From: Marsupella aquatica | Lineage: Eukaryota; Plantae; Marchantiophyta | NCBI GenBank assembly: GCA_973895155.1 | Contig: OZ316898.1 | Location: forward strand, 18,859,292 to 18,923,291 | Reading direction: 5' to 3' | DNA: 64,000 nucleotides | In this document: piece by piece, positions 1-13,260 of the stretch | Layout: the number at the start of each line of letters is the position of its first letter | Numbering within the stretch: the stretch's first letter is position 1 | Program-made: the position numbers and the translations under genes | Notes under the pieces: generated by a model | What the model was told of the DNA's origin: nothing | What the model saw: only the letters and a program-made list of their open reading frames with translations | The model's database searches: none

Positions 1-3
1 GAA

Positions 4-79
4 ACCTAGCGTCATCGAATTCTCGACACATTACAAAAGTGACCTAGCGTCATCGAATTCTCGACACATTACAAAAGTG
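4..79. repeat. Tandem direct repeat, 38 bp x2
   Basis: acctagcgtcatcgaattctcgacacattacaaaagtg at 4-41 and 42-79. Confidence 0.9.
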
Positions 80-2032
80 GACTTCTGCGTCTGAAATTCC
101 CTGTATTCTAACTGAGCCCGACTGATATTGAATCCAGCTTTGACAGCTCTTGCATGGCTTTCTGGATTTGCAAATTCCTGCAGAAGTACATGGTCATGCG
201 TGAGACTTTTGGCTCGTGACGAAAATAGACGCAGATCCGCGATGTGCTAAATTTCTGTTCGGGTTACACTGATGAAGGAAACTTCTTCGAGGGGGACCAC
301 TGTCAAGGTGTCTATGGCTGTAATTGCAGTCCTTCGTTGGGCTCCATTAATCTGACAGTGTTTAGTCCAGTATACTTGCAAACTACATTTGGATACCTTC
401 TCTTGCAGCTGACTTCCTTATGGTGCTCGAACCTTTCAAACTCACGACATGACTCACTTGAGTCCACAATAATTTGCGATGGGTTTGTGAGAACGAAAGA
501 ATGGTAGCTCATGGGCAGACAATTGCTGACTAAGCGCTCATGAACATGTAAATGCTCGAATCACCCTTGGAAACTGTCTGCCACATACAGCGCGTCCCTA
601 AGATCATCAATTACTTGAATTCTATCTCACTGTTCACAGAAGTCTCAGGCGTCCGATTGATTGACTGGATAACGATGCCAGTAAATTGTGTTTAGGTCAG
701 AGGATGTTGTCTTATACAATCCCTTGTGCACCATCTTTCTCTTAATTCATAAGCGTCCACGTACGCCTCCGGTCTTAGAGTACTCAGCTCCAGGTATGTC
801 ATCGTCAAAGTATACTCGTTGGTATTGTATACAGCACCACGAGACCTCACAACTCTTGGTGCTTTCTCTTGTCGGCCTCTCATCGTTAACCTCACCCTTT
901 CTTCAGCTACCGTTTTCACTTGGAAACTAGAATTAGGACTTGCCGACAAAGACAGAACACAATGGCCACTTCGAACAGCATCAAGCCGGGAATTTTGGCC
1001 TCAAACCTACACCTGCCGCAACTGCTGTATCTGTTCCAGCTAGATCTGCTTTTTCACCCTCTCTCTCTTCTCGTCCCTGAACACAAATTCTTGAATCAAT
1101 TATTAGTTGGCAGGCGGGAGGCCATAGTGGAGCCAATCACTCTCATCCTTTTCTCTCTCTTCCCGTCTCTAAGCCCGAATTCTCGATGACACCTTCGAAT
1201 CTACCTCTCTTCTCGTTTGTAAACATACATCTCTCAATTAGCAGTTTGGAAGACTGGACACCACAATAAGGCCGATCATGCTCCACCTTCTCCCTAAACA
1301 CAAATTCTTGAATAAATTAGCAGCAGGCAGAGCGTTAGCCCACAATCGGGCCCATCAAGCTCACCCAACAAACAGCTCTAGAAAGAGGAGATGCTCATCG
1401 AGCATTAGTTTTGAAGTCAATCACAATTTCATCACGAATATCCATTGATGACAAGACAGGACCTAATTCGAATTCTCCTCTACCTATTCTCCAAAAGGAG
1501 TCTTCTTCCTCTTAAGCCTAGTTTTCCACTGCACCCGGGTCACGACGATACTAGAAAGCCTAGAACAAGATGACCATTAGAATCCATGTATTGCTTCAAA
1601 GATCGTTCTGTTGATCGTTCTCCAACAGAAGGAAGGAGTAAAACCAGAAGCGGTAGGATTGCAATCCAAGATAACGAATTGAAAACGAACAAAGGATTGT
1701 AAGAAACGTAATGGAAACGAGGAAGGGACTACAAGAAAGCAAATTGAAGACGGAGAAGCGACTGCGAAACTAGTAAATGAATCAGCAGGTCTGCAAGAAG
1801 AGAAACTCGAAAAGAAGAGATTGCAATCGAAATAAAACCAAGCATGCCACGGTGAACTCGAAACGTAGTCACTGCCATCAAAGTCTTTTCGATGTACAGC
1901 AGCAAAAAAAAGGCTTTCGGCCCTAAACCCAACGCTGACCGGATTACCGTCCATCATTCTTTCGCCCCTGTGCGGATGCTGAGGGAGTGAGGGGACAGAC
2001 ATTTATTACCTTTCGCCCGCCTGTCGATCATT

Positions 2033-2294
2033 CCTGAAATGAGGGTACAAGCATTAAAATGAATGCAGTGAGGTGTCAATCGTTTCGGAAGGGACTTTAA
2101 TTGGGGACAATGTTCTTTGCGTTTCTCATTTATTTATTGCACTTAAAAAAAAGCCTATCATCCCTGAAATAGTGACATGAGGGTACAAGCATTAAAATGA
2201 ATCCAAATGAGGTGTCAATCGTTTCGGAACGTACTTAATTGGGGACAATGTTCTTTGAGTTTCTCATTTATTTATTGCATTTAAACAAAGCCTC
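2033..2294. repeat. Direct duplication, ~130 bp x2
   Basis: gagggtacaagcattaaaatgaat...gtttctcatttatttattgca at ~2033-2157 and ~2163-2294. Confidence 0.85.
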
Positions 2295-2990
2295 CACAAG
2301 GGGCTCACTCCCCAGGTATTTGTTTGATAGATCTCCAAAATGAAATTTGTTACTTGATCAACCCCCTAGGTCTATCAACGGTCCAGATTTGAGATCAAAA
2401 GGTCCATCAACGGTCCAGATTGGGGAAAAGTATCAAAGGGGTTGATTAAGCAAACTTTTTTCAGAAGAGGGTCTACTAAGCATATCTCTTCTCACTCCCT
2501 TCTCTAGGCATATCACCAAATGTGTAGGGTGAATAGGTTTCCTTTTGGTTACCTAAGGGCCAACTCGCATGTAGTAGGCCTTAAACCACTACTCACCCTT
2601 TAAAGCACTCTGCGTTAAGCGGAGCCTTCATTACTCATTGTACACAGAAAAAGTACGATCGCGTATTTTGGCTGCGCCTCCCAGATACCGTCGGATACTG
2701 ACTCACACCCGCCCCTATACTGGTCCATTTGATCTCATCTACGGCTCATTTTGTAGATCTCGTCGAGACCTACGGCTGGCAAAAAACGGCATCTCTAAAT
2801 ACGCAATATTCAGGGAGAAATGGGTAAAAAACAAACGCTGCAATCCCATTGGCTGGGGTTTTTTTAATTTGAAATTGATCCAGGCAGCTGCAGCAGCCAC
2901 AGTACAGTTTGAAGGGCACAACTCCACATAGGATATGGCCTGCACCATCATTATATAATGTCATTTATTCTGTGAAGGACAACAAGAAGG

Positions 2991-3335
2991 TGTTAGGTAT
3001 TGCTCTTAGTCTTGTGACTCATGAGCTAACCATAGTTAGGCTAACTCTGGTTAGGACTTAGCTAAGGTTAGCGGTAGTGTTGTTGTGTATATTGCCAGGG
3101 CTGGTACCAACCCCTGGTGGAACTTAGGCTCATTGTTACGGAGCTAGTTGAGAGATAGGGAGAGCTTGCACTGTGGATGCTTGGTATGGCCGGTCGACCT
3201 AGAGTGCAGTAAAGCTCTTGTGTGTTCCTGTGGGCGTAGCCTCATGTGGAGGTGAACCACGTATCTCTCTGTGTCGACTCTTGTGTATTGGATGGTTCAT
3301 GGGCTTGCCGTTGCGATTGTCGTCTATGCTCAACA
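2991..3335 (+). mobile_element. Ty1/Copia 5' LTR (element A)
   Basis: TG...CA termini (tgttagg...ctcaaca), followed by Met-tRNA-type PBS tggtatcaaagc at 3338-3349; similar to the LTRs at 5473 and 30204. Confidence 0.85.
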
Positions 3336-5017
3336 ATTGGTATCAAAGCATGCCTGGAAGGTGACGAGGTTTTTTTGTGACGGGTTTTCCAACGTTCAGT
3401 GTCGGTGTTACATTCGGAGTTTTGTCGCATGAAACTTGAATGTGTGTGGCTGAGCGGATAGATTAGTGAGAGGGCTTTCTAACGGTGGTTAGAACTCGCT
3501 GATCGGTATCCATGGTGCGAAGGAATCGAAGTTTGCGTCATTCAGGTTTTATTCGTGTTCGACGGGTTTTTTGGGGGAGAGACCAGAGTTCGCGTTATTC
3601 AACGGTGTGAGTTGTGCGGTGCTGGAGGTGTCGCATGTTGTAGCTCAAGTTCAAGCGAGCTGGTCGTTTCGGTAGCTGAATTACTGTCGAGTTGTTACCG
3701 AGTGCATCATGATGAGAGAAGGAAGCGTTCAGGTTTTTTTTTCACAAGCTATGGAGCTTGTTCCCATCTGCACCGGGTTTCTCTTCGTGACGTCCGACTC
3801 GGTGGAAGAAACGTGAAGTGCTACGGCCCAACGGTTTGATCGTGGCGAGGCGGTTGTTTTGAGTCCGGGATTGGCACTTGACGCGAAGTGCTACTGCTCA
3901 ACGGTTTGATCGTGACGAGGCGGTCGTTTTGAGTCTGGGATTGGCACTTGACGCGGAGTGAGTGTGACACGATGGAAAGTTTTGTCTCTGCTGAGCTTGC
4001 AGACTGTGCCGGTGAAATTCGGAAACTTTTCCCGTCGGTGGTTCACTTTCTCTTTGTTTCAAACAACAGCGGTTAAGGTGTGTTTTTTGCCTTTTTCTTT
4101 TGGTGGGGTCATTTTTTTGTTTTAAGGGGCATTAGAGGGGTCCCTTGGTGTGTATACACACCCACCCGGGCCGACCCCGATACTCCCCCGCATACCACCC
4201 CGGCCCCGCGTACACGTTTCCCCCCCCCCGCAGTCTGTCTTTCTGGCGCAGCGGCAAGCTGTGCAGCGCCGGCCGGCGCCTCTCGCACGCTCGCTGCCTC
4301 TTCGGGCCACCCCGGCCCACTGCCTCTCCGCGCCCCGCCTTCTTTTAATCCCTTACGCGACCAGGCTGCCGCCGGTCGCCCTGCCCTGGCCCTCGTTGCC
4401 CTTTTTTCGAGCCCCAGCTTTTCAACATACGCAGCTGCCCGTGTATCCCCTGGGCATACCCCGGCCATACGACCTTCATCCCCGACCCTTATACCACGTG
4501 TTTTTTGGTAAGGGGCTTTAGCACCCCCTTTAGGGTCCTTTATTGCCCATTTTTCCTCTTATTGGTTTTCCCTTTGTGTCGAGACCTGCCGCCCTCCGTT
4601 TTAACCACTTTGACAGGGGGAACGGCCCCTGTGAGCCCTGTCGGACTGTGCAGGAATATTCACAAAAAACAAAGAGCTGTTTTTTAGCCGTCCGACAAAG
4701 ATTCCGCACACCGAACGGTAACTTTTTTGGTTCTTTTTTGGCGCGATCGTAGCCATTGAAGTTAGCAACGCGGCACATCGATCAAATTGCAATTTTGACG
4801 ACGGGTTGTACTGGGTATTTTGGTTATTCCCTGAGGTGGTCAAAACGGGGGAGTTTCCCAAGGTTTTACCCACCCGACCAAAATTTGAATAATTTTTCCG
4901 TCAAATTTTGATTTTGATTTTGGCTTTCAGTATTGGACTCCTAGCTACGTGGGCTACGTGGCGGTGTTAAGTTTTGAGTTTTATGAGAAGTTTTGAAAAA
5001 AAGATGTTTTTTTGTGA

Positions 5018-5472
5018 TTGTTTCATATGAGTGACTCGGAGAATACTGGAAGAATCAACGTCGATGAAGCTTCAGGTTCACGACGGTCAAACGGAGAGTC
5101 TGAGGAGGAGCTATTACTATTTGAGGAGGAACAAGTTTCACCGGTACATTCACCGGTGCGGCGTGCAATGGAGGAAACTGTTCTACTACCAGAGCTGTCG
5201 GTAGTTGGGAAGAAAAGAGAGATGGCAAGATTTGGAGGAGTGAAGTTTAAGGTGGAGAAGTACAATGGCCGTACTGATTACTTGCTTTGGGAGAAGCAAG
5301 TGAAGGGTGTTGTTCGGGCCATGGGCTTAGCTCATCTGCTCTCTTTGCGATAGCAGTATGATGTAGAGGAGGAGATCTCTATAAAGCAGTGGAGACAGGA
5401 GCAGGTGATTGTTGTCAATGCAGTGATGCTTTATCTCAAGCCGCATATCATCAAGAAGTTGGATGATTGTGA
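5018..5472 (+). pseudogene. Copia gag N-terminal fragment, interrupted by a nested LTR element
   Basis: VKFKVEKYNGRTDYLLWEKQVKGVV matches the Copia gag N-terminal pattern; in-frame stop at 5351; truncated at 5472 by the second LTR. Confidence 0.75.
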
Positions 5473-5814
5473 TGTTAGGTATTTACTCAAGGTCTAGGGT
5501 TACGATATGTAACCATAGTTAGACTAACCATAGTCAAAGATGTGGTTAGGTTAACTAGGATGCACACTATATGCCAAGCGGTGTTTGCTTGGATAAGTGA
5601 AACTTAGGCTCATTGTTATGGAGCCACTTGAGAGATGAGGAGAGCTTACACTGTGGAGACTTAGTTTAGCCGACGGGCTTAGAGTTCAGTAAAGCTCTCT
5701 TGTGGTTCACGTGGACGTAGCCTCGAGGAGGTCAACCACGTATCTCTTGTGTCGACTACTTGCGCGTTGAATATGTCATATGCTTACCGTTACGAGTGTC
5801 GTCTATGCTCAACA
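5473..5814 (+). mobile_element. Ty1/Copia 5' LTR (element B, nested in gag of element A)
   Basis: TG...CA termini, PBS tggtatcacagc at 5817-5828; downstream leader (5830-7140) parallels the element A leader (3350-4570). Confidence 0.85.
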
Positions 5815-8800
5815 ATTGGTATCACAGCATGCCTGGGAGATGACATTGTTCGTGACGGTTTTTTCCAGCGTTGAGTGTCGGTGGATTTCTCAGAGTTCCG
5901 TCGCGTGGAACTTGGAGTTTATGGGCTCAACGGATAGATCGAGGCGAGGGCTTTTTAACGGTGTGAAGAAATCGCTGAACGGAGCTCGTGGTGCGGAGAG
6001 ATCTAAGTTTTTGTCGTTCTGGATTTTGTGAAGAAAGTTGGCAACATTCGTGTTTGACGGTTTTTTGGAGGAGGGACCAGAGTTTGTTTACTCGACGGTG
6101 TGAGCTCTACGGCGAAGGAGACATCACATACTATAGCTCCGCTTGTAGATCGAGACGAGCTGGTCATTTTGGTAGCTGATTTGTTACCAAGTGAGTACCG
6201 TGTGCGACAGGACAAGAAAAAGAAGCGTTCTGATTTTCTGACCAGCTATGAAGTCTTCTTTTGCCTGAACGGGATTTCTTGTCGTTGCGCTCGACTCGGA
6301 GGGAGCGACGTGAAGTACTTGGGCTGAACGGAGAGATCACGAAGAGGTGATCGTTTTGAGTCCAAGATTGACGGTTTTGCCTATGGGAGGAAGGAGTTCT
6401 GAGTTTTTGCCACTAATTGACCAAAAAATGGTGCGGGTGCGCAAATCTTTTCAACTCACCGACATCGGTTTCTGATTCCTCACCATAATCCGAACGTTAC
6501 AAGGTGCAAGCTCTTTTCGTTTGATGTCCACAAGCATTTTTGGATTTCTTACGGGCAAATTTTTTGTTCAAAAATTACTCCATTTACGGCTCTCTCTCTC
6601 TCTAGAGACCTCCATTGCACATTGGAGAGAAATTCTTTCCGGGCCCTTACCGGTGACGAGTGTGAATTTGGCTTCTTTGGGGTTAAACCCTTTGTATGTT
6701 TAGGGGGTAAGTTTTCTTTACGATTTTTTAAGGGGCGGATTTTGTCACACGTTAACCCCCGACACTCCCCCACCCCTTTGACACCTGCTCCCCCCGCCCG
6801 GCCATGTTTTTCCTTTCATGCGTCGGCTGGCGTCATACGCGCACTCGGGCCCCCACCAAGGCTCGCTTGCTCCTCCCTTCTCCCCACTGCCGATCCTCCT
6901 CGCCACCCCGTCGGCCCTGCCCTTTTGCGCCCCCTTACACCCCTGCACCCATCGGCGACCTGTTTTGACAGCCGCTTCGCGGCCCTATCCTCCCGGTTGC
7001 TCCTCCCCGGTTGCTATTGTACGTGGCTGCATACGCAGCCGCCCCGTACCCGATGCGTAATCCCCAACCCCACATACGCCTGATTTAATAAAGGGGCCTT
7101 AAACCCCTTTTAGCCCCTACTTTTTATTCATTTTCCCGGTTTTTGATTGGTAGCCGCATCCCGGGACCTGCCTGTGTCCTACTCCGGAAAATAGCCAATG
7201 GGGCACACAACTGCCCGAAGCTTGATTGGTACACTTCATCTGAGACTGCCGATGTGAGAACCAGGGAAAGTGATCTAATGCTCTGATTTCGAGTGCAGAA
7301 TCTGGAACGAGACCCATTGAAGTCTGATGGGCCTGAAATTCTTGCATGCGCTGAGCTCTACACTGCACTCACTTCATTGGCCAAGGCCGTGGCTGGATTT
7401 TTGAGGGTAGAGACAAATGTTGATTGAAAGGCAGTATTGATATCGGTTTGACAACCAAGAGAAAGAACTCACAAAATCTCTGTAGGAAATCATCGTAAGG
7501 GGACAATTTTTCCACCTTGTCAGTGCAAAAAGCTACCGACAACCTCCCTATCATTGTAGAATAGTGATTCCAATGGCGATTCTTGAATAAGAAAAGATGG
7601 TCAATTGGCCATAGAATAGAGGAAGATATGTGTTTCCCATCAATTGCTCGGGTTCTTTCATGAATAAACTCTATTATTCGGCTTGGCAATAGAGAGCTCA
7701 ATCATAAAGCCCTTTCTATTGCCGGTAATTGCCTCACTCATACTTTTGCAGCCATCTTTCTAAAAACAACGAGTAAACTGCTCAATTTCTTGTCATAGTA
7801 GTTTTGAATCATCTCTCGTCGAGTGCTCGACAATTGCTTAGGTGATAAGCGGCCGATTGATAAAAAGTTGAATTGGAAGTACTAGCTTGAGCCAAACTTA
7901 CATCGCAACTATCAAGATTGGAAGCTTAGGATCAGGACCGGAAGCTTAGGATCTCACTGAGGACACAAACCTGAGTGCGGTTCTGCAAATAATGAGGAAC
8001 AAGCTCACACATCCGAATGTGCTTGGAGAGAGGCAAAAATGATGGAAATACTAATGTATGGGACTCGGGAGAACAAATCTCATGATAAACAATCACGCAA
8101 ACAATCTCGATGAAGCAATGTAGGTGTCCTATCTTGACAGCCAAGTCGCCAGCTTCTTTGTGAAGGAGAGTGCACAAAGTTGAAAGCTTCTTCAACATGA
8201 ACGACAGAGCAAAGAAAAAGTGGCACACCTATGGGAAATGTAAAAGTAAACAGAGCGATAGGGGAAAAAAACCATAAAAATGATCGATCAATGACGGAGG
8301 TTGCAGCAATATAGTTTGGGCCCCTTATGCAAACAAAAAAACGCAACCAATGTCAGAATATGTAGCGCGAATGAGAGAGTGACAATTGCTAGAGCTCAAA
8401 CCTGCAGAACAATGTCGACAGCTGATCACCTTGCTTCACAGCAGCTAATTCCGTCTTTCTTCACTGACTGAAAATAAATGAAGTCAACAGCCAGCAAAAC
8501 AACAAAGATCACATAGAGATTGCAAGAGCACACAGAGAATGGTCATATCTTTATACTTCATGTTTTTCCCAAAAGCATGAGCGTCCTCTCCAACATTCCA
8601 CATCAATCGTATCGAGAGGCGACGAAAGATGAGAGCCAATATTTCACATCAATCACATCCAGAGGGGACCAAAGATGAGAGCAACCACAGACAACTGACA
8701 TAGAGGATATCGAGGATTGCAATCAGACAAGACTACAGTCAAGCACAATCACGTTACGCATGGCTGATGTGCAATTCGTGAAGATCTAAGCCAATGTTGC

Positions 8801-9109
8801 GATGCACATCGATTAAAAGGATGCGATGGAGGCTGGAGGTTGACGGGATTGAGGGACTTGACATTTGAAGTTTTCATGGTGTAGGCAACACGCGAGCTCC
8901 AATGGACCACATGCTAACATTTCTTGCACTTCTTTTTGTAACTTCGTCTTTTCATGTCACCTGCTTATCAAATGATTAACACAACAAATACCACATGGGT
9001 TCCACTAAAAATTGTTTGTATCGTATGACGGGGACGTGGAGGGACGCTATATGGATTAATTTCCTACTAAGGATGAGTAGATTTGTTTCCGCTCCCAGAA
9101 ATGTATTTT

Positions 9110-11316
9110 TTGATCAAGTCTACCGACTATACGTGTACTCCGCTTTTGATCAAGTTCCGTGGACTACCTTGTTCATACTCCTCCTGGCCTTTGGCAAAGT
9201 GCTGTCACCACTCTCCCACTCACAGGGTTGACCAAGCCATGTGAATTTCTCTAACATTCATACTAGGGGAAGAACACCAATCATGTAACCAAGAGAGGGA
9301 ACAACACACAAGAATTCATGAAAATCGAACCGAATCCATATCTCTTAGTGGCCAAGGTAACACATTGCATGGGCAACCCGGTCTCCTACCGTCTACCCAA
9401 CTCCTGCCTCACGGGACAATGAGCCCTCTCCACTCAATACTCCGGATCAATTCCCTATTCTTGTTGAAGGCTAATCCTCACAAAAACAACACTAGACTGA
9501 GTTCCCCTCTGCTCCTACCAGGGGCTGCTGGTTAAATACCAAAAACAACAATGCGTGAACATACAAGCCCTAGGGTGTGGTGGCGGCCACTGCCCTGGCT
9601 GGCCGCCATCCACTGGCGGCTCCTCTAACCTAAAAGTTTTCTACACATGCGGCACACACATGCACTCCTAACCCTATTGCTACCTAAGTGAGGCCAACGG
9701 TGCCTTCGTCGGTCATCACATCAACTAAACAAAAACTAGACTAAGTCCTATGTAGGCCATGGTCTACCTTCCTACTACGTGGCGGCCAACGTCTCCCACT
9801 ACCCTGACCATGAAAATAGTCGAAAGTAGAAGTTTCTCAAAATCTGGTCCTGAGAACTTTTTTGAGTAGCTACGGCCATCCTGATCGTAACCCTGAAAAT
9901 GGCTCCCAAAACGGACATCAGACGCCTTAGATATGGCCTACCGAGTCTTGAGTTCTACCTCTGCCATCGACATCTCCCGGTTGTCCGTACGGCCCCAGCC
10001 TCCCATCATGACATCAAATTGAGGTACCCTGGCCATGGCAGCCTGCCCTGACTTGGCCAGGTCACTTTCCTGAAGGCCGTACGGACGTCCGTATGGCGTT
10101 GGACCCCAATTCTTCACGAAAACGCTCTGGTCTGTATCTCCCTCATTTTAACTCCGTTTGGGGCGTGTCTTACCTCGTTAGATTCAGCTCGGCGAGCTCC
10201 TTCCAATAAGCCTATAAGTTCTTGATTTTGAGAAGATTGAAAATTCGACTTTTGTGTGGCCAAGGTCTGTACGGCTCACATACTAACCTTCATCTGACTG
10301 CTCGCTTGTAGTAAGATCCTCATCTATGGATTGGCCACTGGAACCCTCACTGTCCTCCTGGCCGGGGTCTCATTGGGCTTGCCCTCCGGTGGCCGGGGCT
10401 CCTCTCCTCAGGCCGTCTTGTTGTTGGCCGGCTTGTTGCCCTGCTCCTTGGCCGGCTTCACTCCTCCCAGACTGGCTCCTTGCAGGTCAGGGCTCCCTAC
10501 ATGCTGGGGCGCCTTGTTGCTGGCCGGCACCCAAAAGTGGTGCTTGGCCACTAACGCCCTTTGACCCGGCCCCCTTACGCTAATACTAGGGCCGCTTACA
10601 AAAATGAAAAGCTAAAAAATCCCCGGCTCCTACATGGGAGGTACCAGGGTACATGCCTTGTCTTGCACCGGCCAACCCCCCTTACTCTTGAGACTTGGCT
10701 AACAACTAAAATTAAGCGAACATAAAAAAAACATCAATACCCACCTCATCTATACTGCGCTAAACTATCTTCGGCGAGGTTGTAAGAGAACAAAAGCAAA
10801 AAACTTGACACAAATCTATTTATTTACATGTGTGCATCACTACTACCCCTTAAAATCATTCTTTGGGGCCATTGGCCCCATCACATTTCACAAAGCGATA
10901 AGGAATCCGTAACGACAACTATAATACTCTATTGGACAACTCCTATGCGTCAGGGCTGCCAAGCAGGGCGAAGGGGACGGGCAAGGCACACAGTACAATG
11001 TGGGCCCGACGAGCAGCTACAAAATGGAGTAATGATACCAGCCAAACAGTACTCTGGGACTTTTATACCCCCAGTTGTGGTTTAAGGAATATGATCCTCA
11101 AAGTAAAATGTAACAGCCTTTTAATTCAAGATTGTGCCATGCCGTAAGTCCCCACGTAGGCTTGCCTCACAGCAAGTCTTATGGGGACCCAAGGCATATA
11201 TGCTGGAAACTTTCCGACTCTTGCAGGTCCCAACCCTTGTGTGGCAAATAAAACAAAATTATCACATTACAGATGTGGAGCACCAGGCCGTCGGTGGATT
11301 ACCGTCCACCTAGTCA
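9110..11316. mobile_element. Probable TE/LTR-like non-coding segment (GC-rich, GGCC-rich)
   Basis: Composition shift, no credible ORF, ends loosely similar to the ends of the 30397/32027 elements; no convincing TSD. Confidence 0.3.
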
Positions 11317-11942
11317 TTCACCTGCTCAGGGTTCCTGGTATACACCTGTAAACAATCCCAGCCCTGTATAATTTAATTGTTAAATGGAGAGAAGTCATTG
11401 TGCTAAGCACCAAGAGCACAATGTGATTTGGGCAGAAGCAACACAAGCATTGAGCAATCATACCTGTATTTGCCAATTGAACCAAGATAGTTGAGAATCC
11501 CATCAGTCAATGTGCGATAAAAGGAGTAGCACGAGCATTGAAGAGCAATTTCAACCATCTCCAATCAATTTTGGGCAGAAGCATAATTGAGGAAAATTTA
11601 TAGAGCCTTTCCAATGCTACAAAAGTTACGTACTGTTTGGGAGAGCACTTTGCTCCTATCTTCTTGTTGGTAGATTGAATTCAAGTCCGGGTAAGTAAGA
11701 AGCCGTAGTGTATCAATTCAATACCGTCACTCAAATATGGACGAGCAAGCATGTCATCCTAAGTGACTGATTGAACTTAATAAAGTCGATCGATGTGGTG
11801 GAAAATTGAACAATATAGTGGTCGATTGAGTCGAGTAGGCAAGGATTCACCCGTACATTACATCATAGTTGTTTAATAAGAGTAGGAGATACGAGACATG
11901 CAAGGAGTGGAATCACAAATGGTACTATTGTAAGAAGTGGAG

Positions 11943-12056
11943 TCAACGTTCTCTTCTGAAGTCACCTTCTCCAGAAACATCTGTTTTGTCTCAATCACCT
12001 CACGGATGAAGTGATAACGAATGTCAATGTATTTTGTCCTAGCATGGAACACTGTC
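11943..12056 (-). pseudogene. Copia RNase H C-terminal fragment
   Basis: VFHARTKYIDIRYHFIREVIETKQMFLEKVTSEENVD matches the canonical HxRTKHIDxRYHFIRE motif. Confidence 0.85.
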
Positions 12057-13260
12057 CTATTCTTTTCTTTCGTCCTCCTGTTATTCTTAATCAGGAATTC
12101 CGTGATGGATCGTATCTCCAGTTCTTTCAATTGCTAATCTTCTCTGTTGCTCCTGCCAGTTTTTAGTTTCTCTCGGATTATGCACTCCTCTTCGACTTTG
12201 TGTACGTATCAGATCTCCATTAATTTATCATTTTAATCTTTTATTTTCTTTTTTAATTCTCAATCCGTGGCCTCTTGTTTTCTTCTTCCTTATGTTCTGC
12301 CAAAGGCTCTTCCTTAAAAAGACAAAAATCTTCATGGTGGCCAGTAGATTGTCGGTGAAGATTGATATTACTATCAAATTATGAGGGTTTTAGATTCAAT
12401 TCGTCATAGCCTCTTGCTTAGTAGGTCGAGTCGGGTGCTGATAATGTGTCGTATAATAAACTCCAACTATCGTCCAACTTCTCACTAGGGTGTTATATAG
12501 ACGATGATAAAGAGGTACAATGCGGGTTCCTCACCATGGTTAGGACTTAACTATAATATCTTAACAATATGACTTATTACTTACTAGTGTATTTTAGTTT
12601 TAACTACTTCACTATTCTTTAGTCAAAGTTGACTTTTATTTACTTAGTTTAGACTTAGAAGATGTGGAGATATGTCTTTTTTGTTTTTCTTAGCCAATGG
12701 GTCACTTCATGTACTTATTGTGATACTAATTGGGCTCATGTGAGGCTTCTCGGGTCCCTATGGTGATCTATTGGAAAAATAATTTATTTTATATGATCAG
12801 CAACGAGTCCAATAGAGCTAAATTGAAGCGCATTTTTTTCAAGTCTTATCCTTGCTCTTACGAGCCTTCTCTTTGTTAGTCGCATCCCTAATAATCATGA
12901 TTGTAGCAAATCTAAGAGGGACTCAACGTTGGAGTTAGGGAACGTTGTATTACGAGTAGATGAAAGTTGTATTTTTGATTATGTTCCAAGAAACACCCAT
13001 TGGTTTTGATTTCAAAATCAAGCCCGAAGAGACATTGGATGGATTGTAGCAGTATTGCAAGTTTGGAATTATCTATAAAAAATAAAGGTTGCAACAAAAC
13101 CTAGCAAAAAGAGATGGTATGTCAGTCTTCTTTCTAGTGAAGCATTTGTTAGTTAGCAAGATTGATTGATGAATTTATTAATTTATTACATACTAGATTG
13201 TTAGAGCATGCATATATACATGTTGGTTTCTAAATATTATTTTATGGATTTATGATAATT

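Noticed and set aside
80-1700. Possible decayed gene on the minus strand (similar hints at 7100-8400, 38800-40500 and 60300-61400)
   Set aside because: Fragmented protein-like stretches with no motif I could identify; not supportable without a search.
2316-2490. Possible small MITE with internal inverted repeats
   Set aside because: The terminal repeats are too degenerate and no TSD could be assigned.
4080-4873. Multiple overlapping ORFs in the GC-rich Copia leader (also 6622-7083 and 30292-33450)
   Set aside because: Pro/Ala/Arg-rich ORFs in all frames are expected from high GC content and have no domain motifs.
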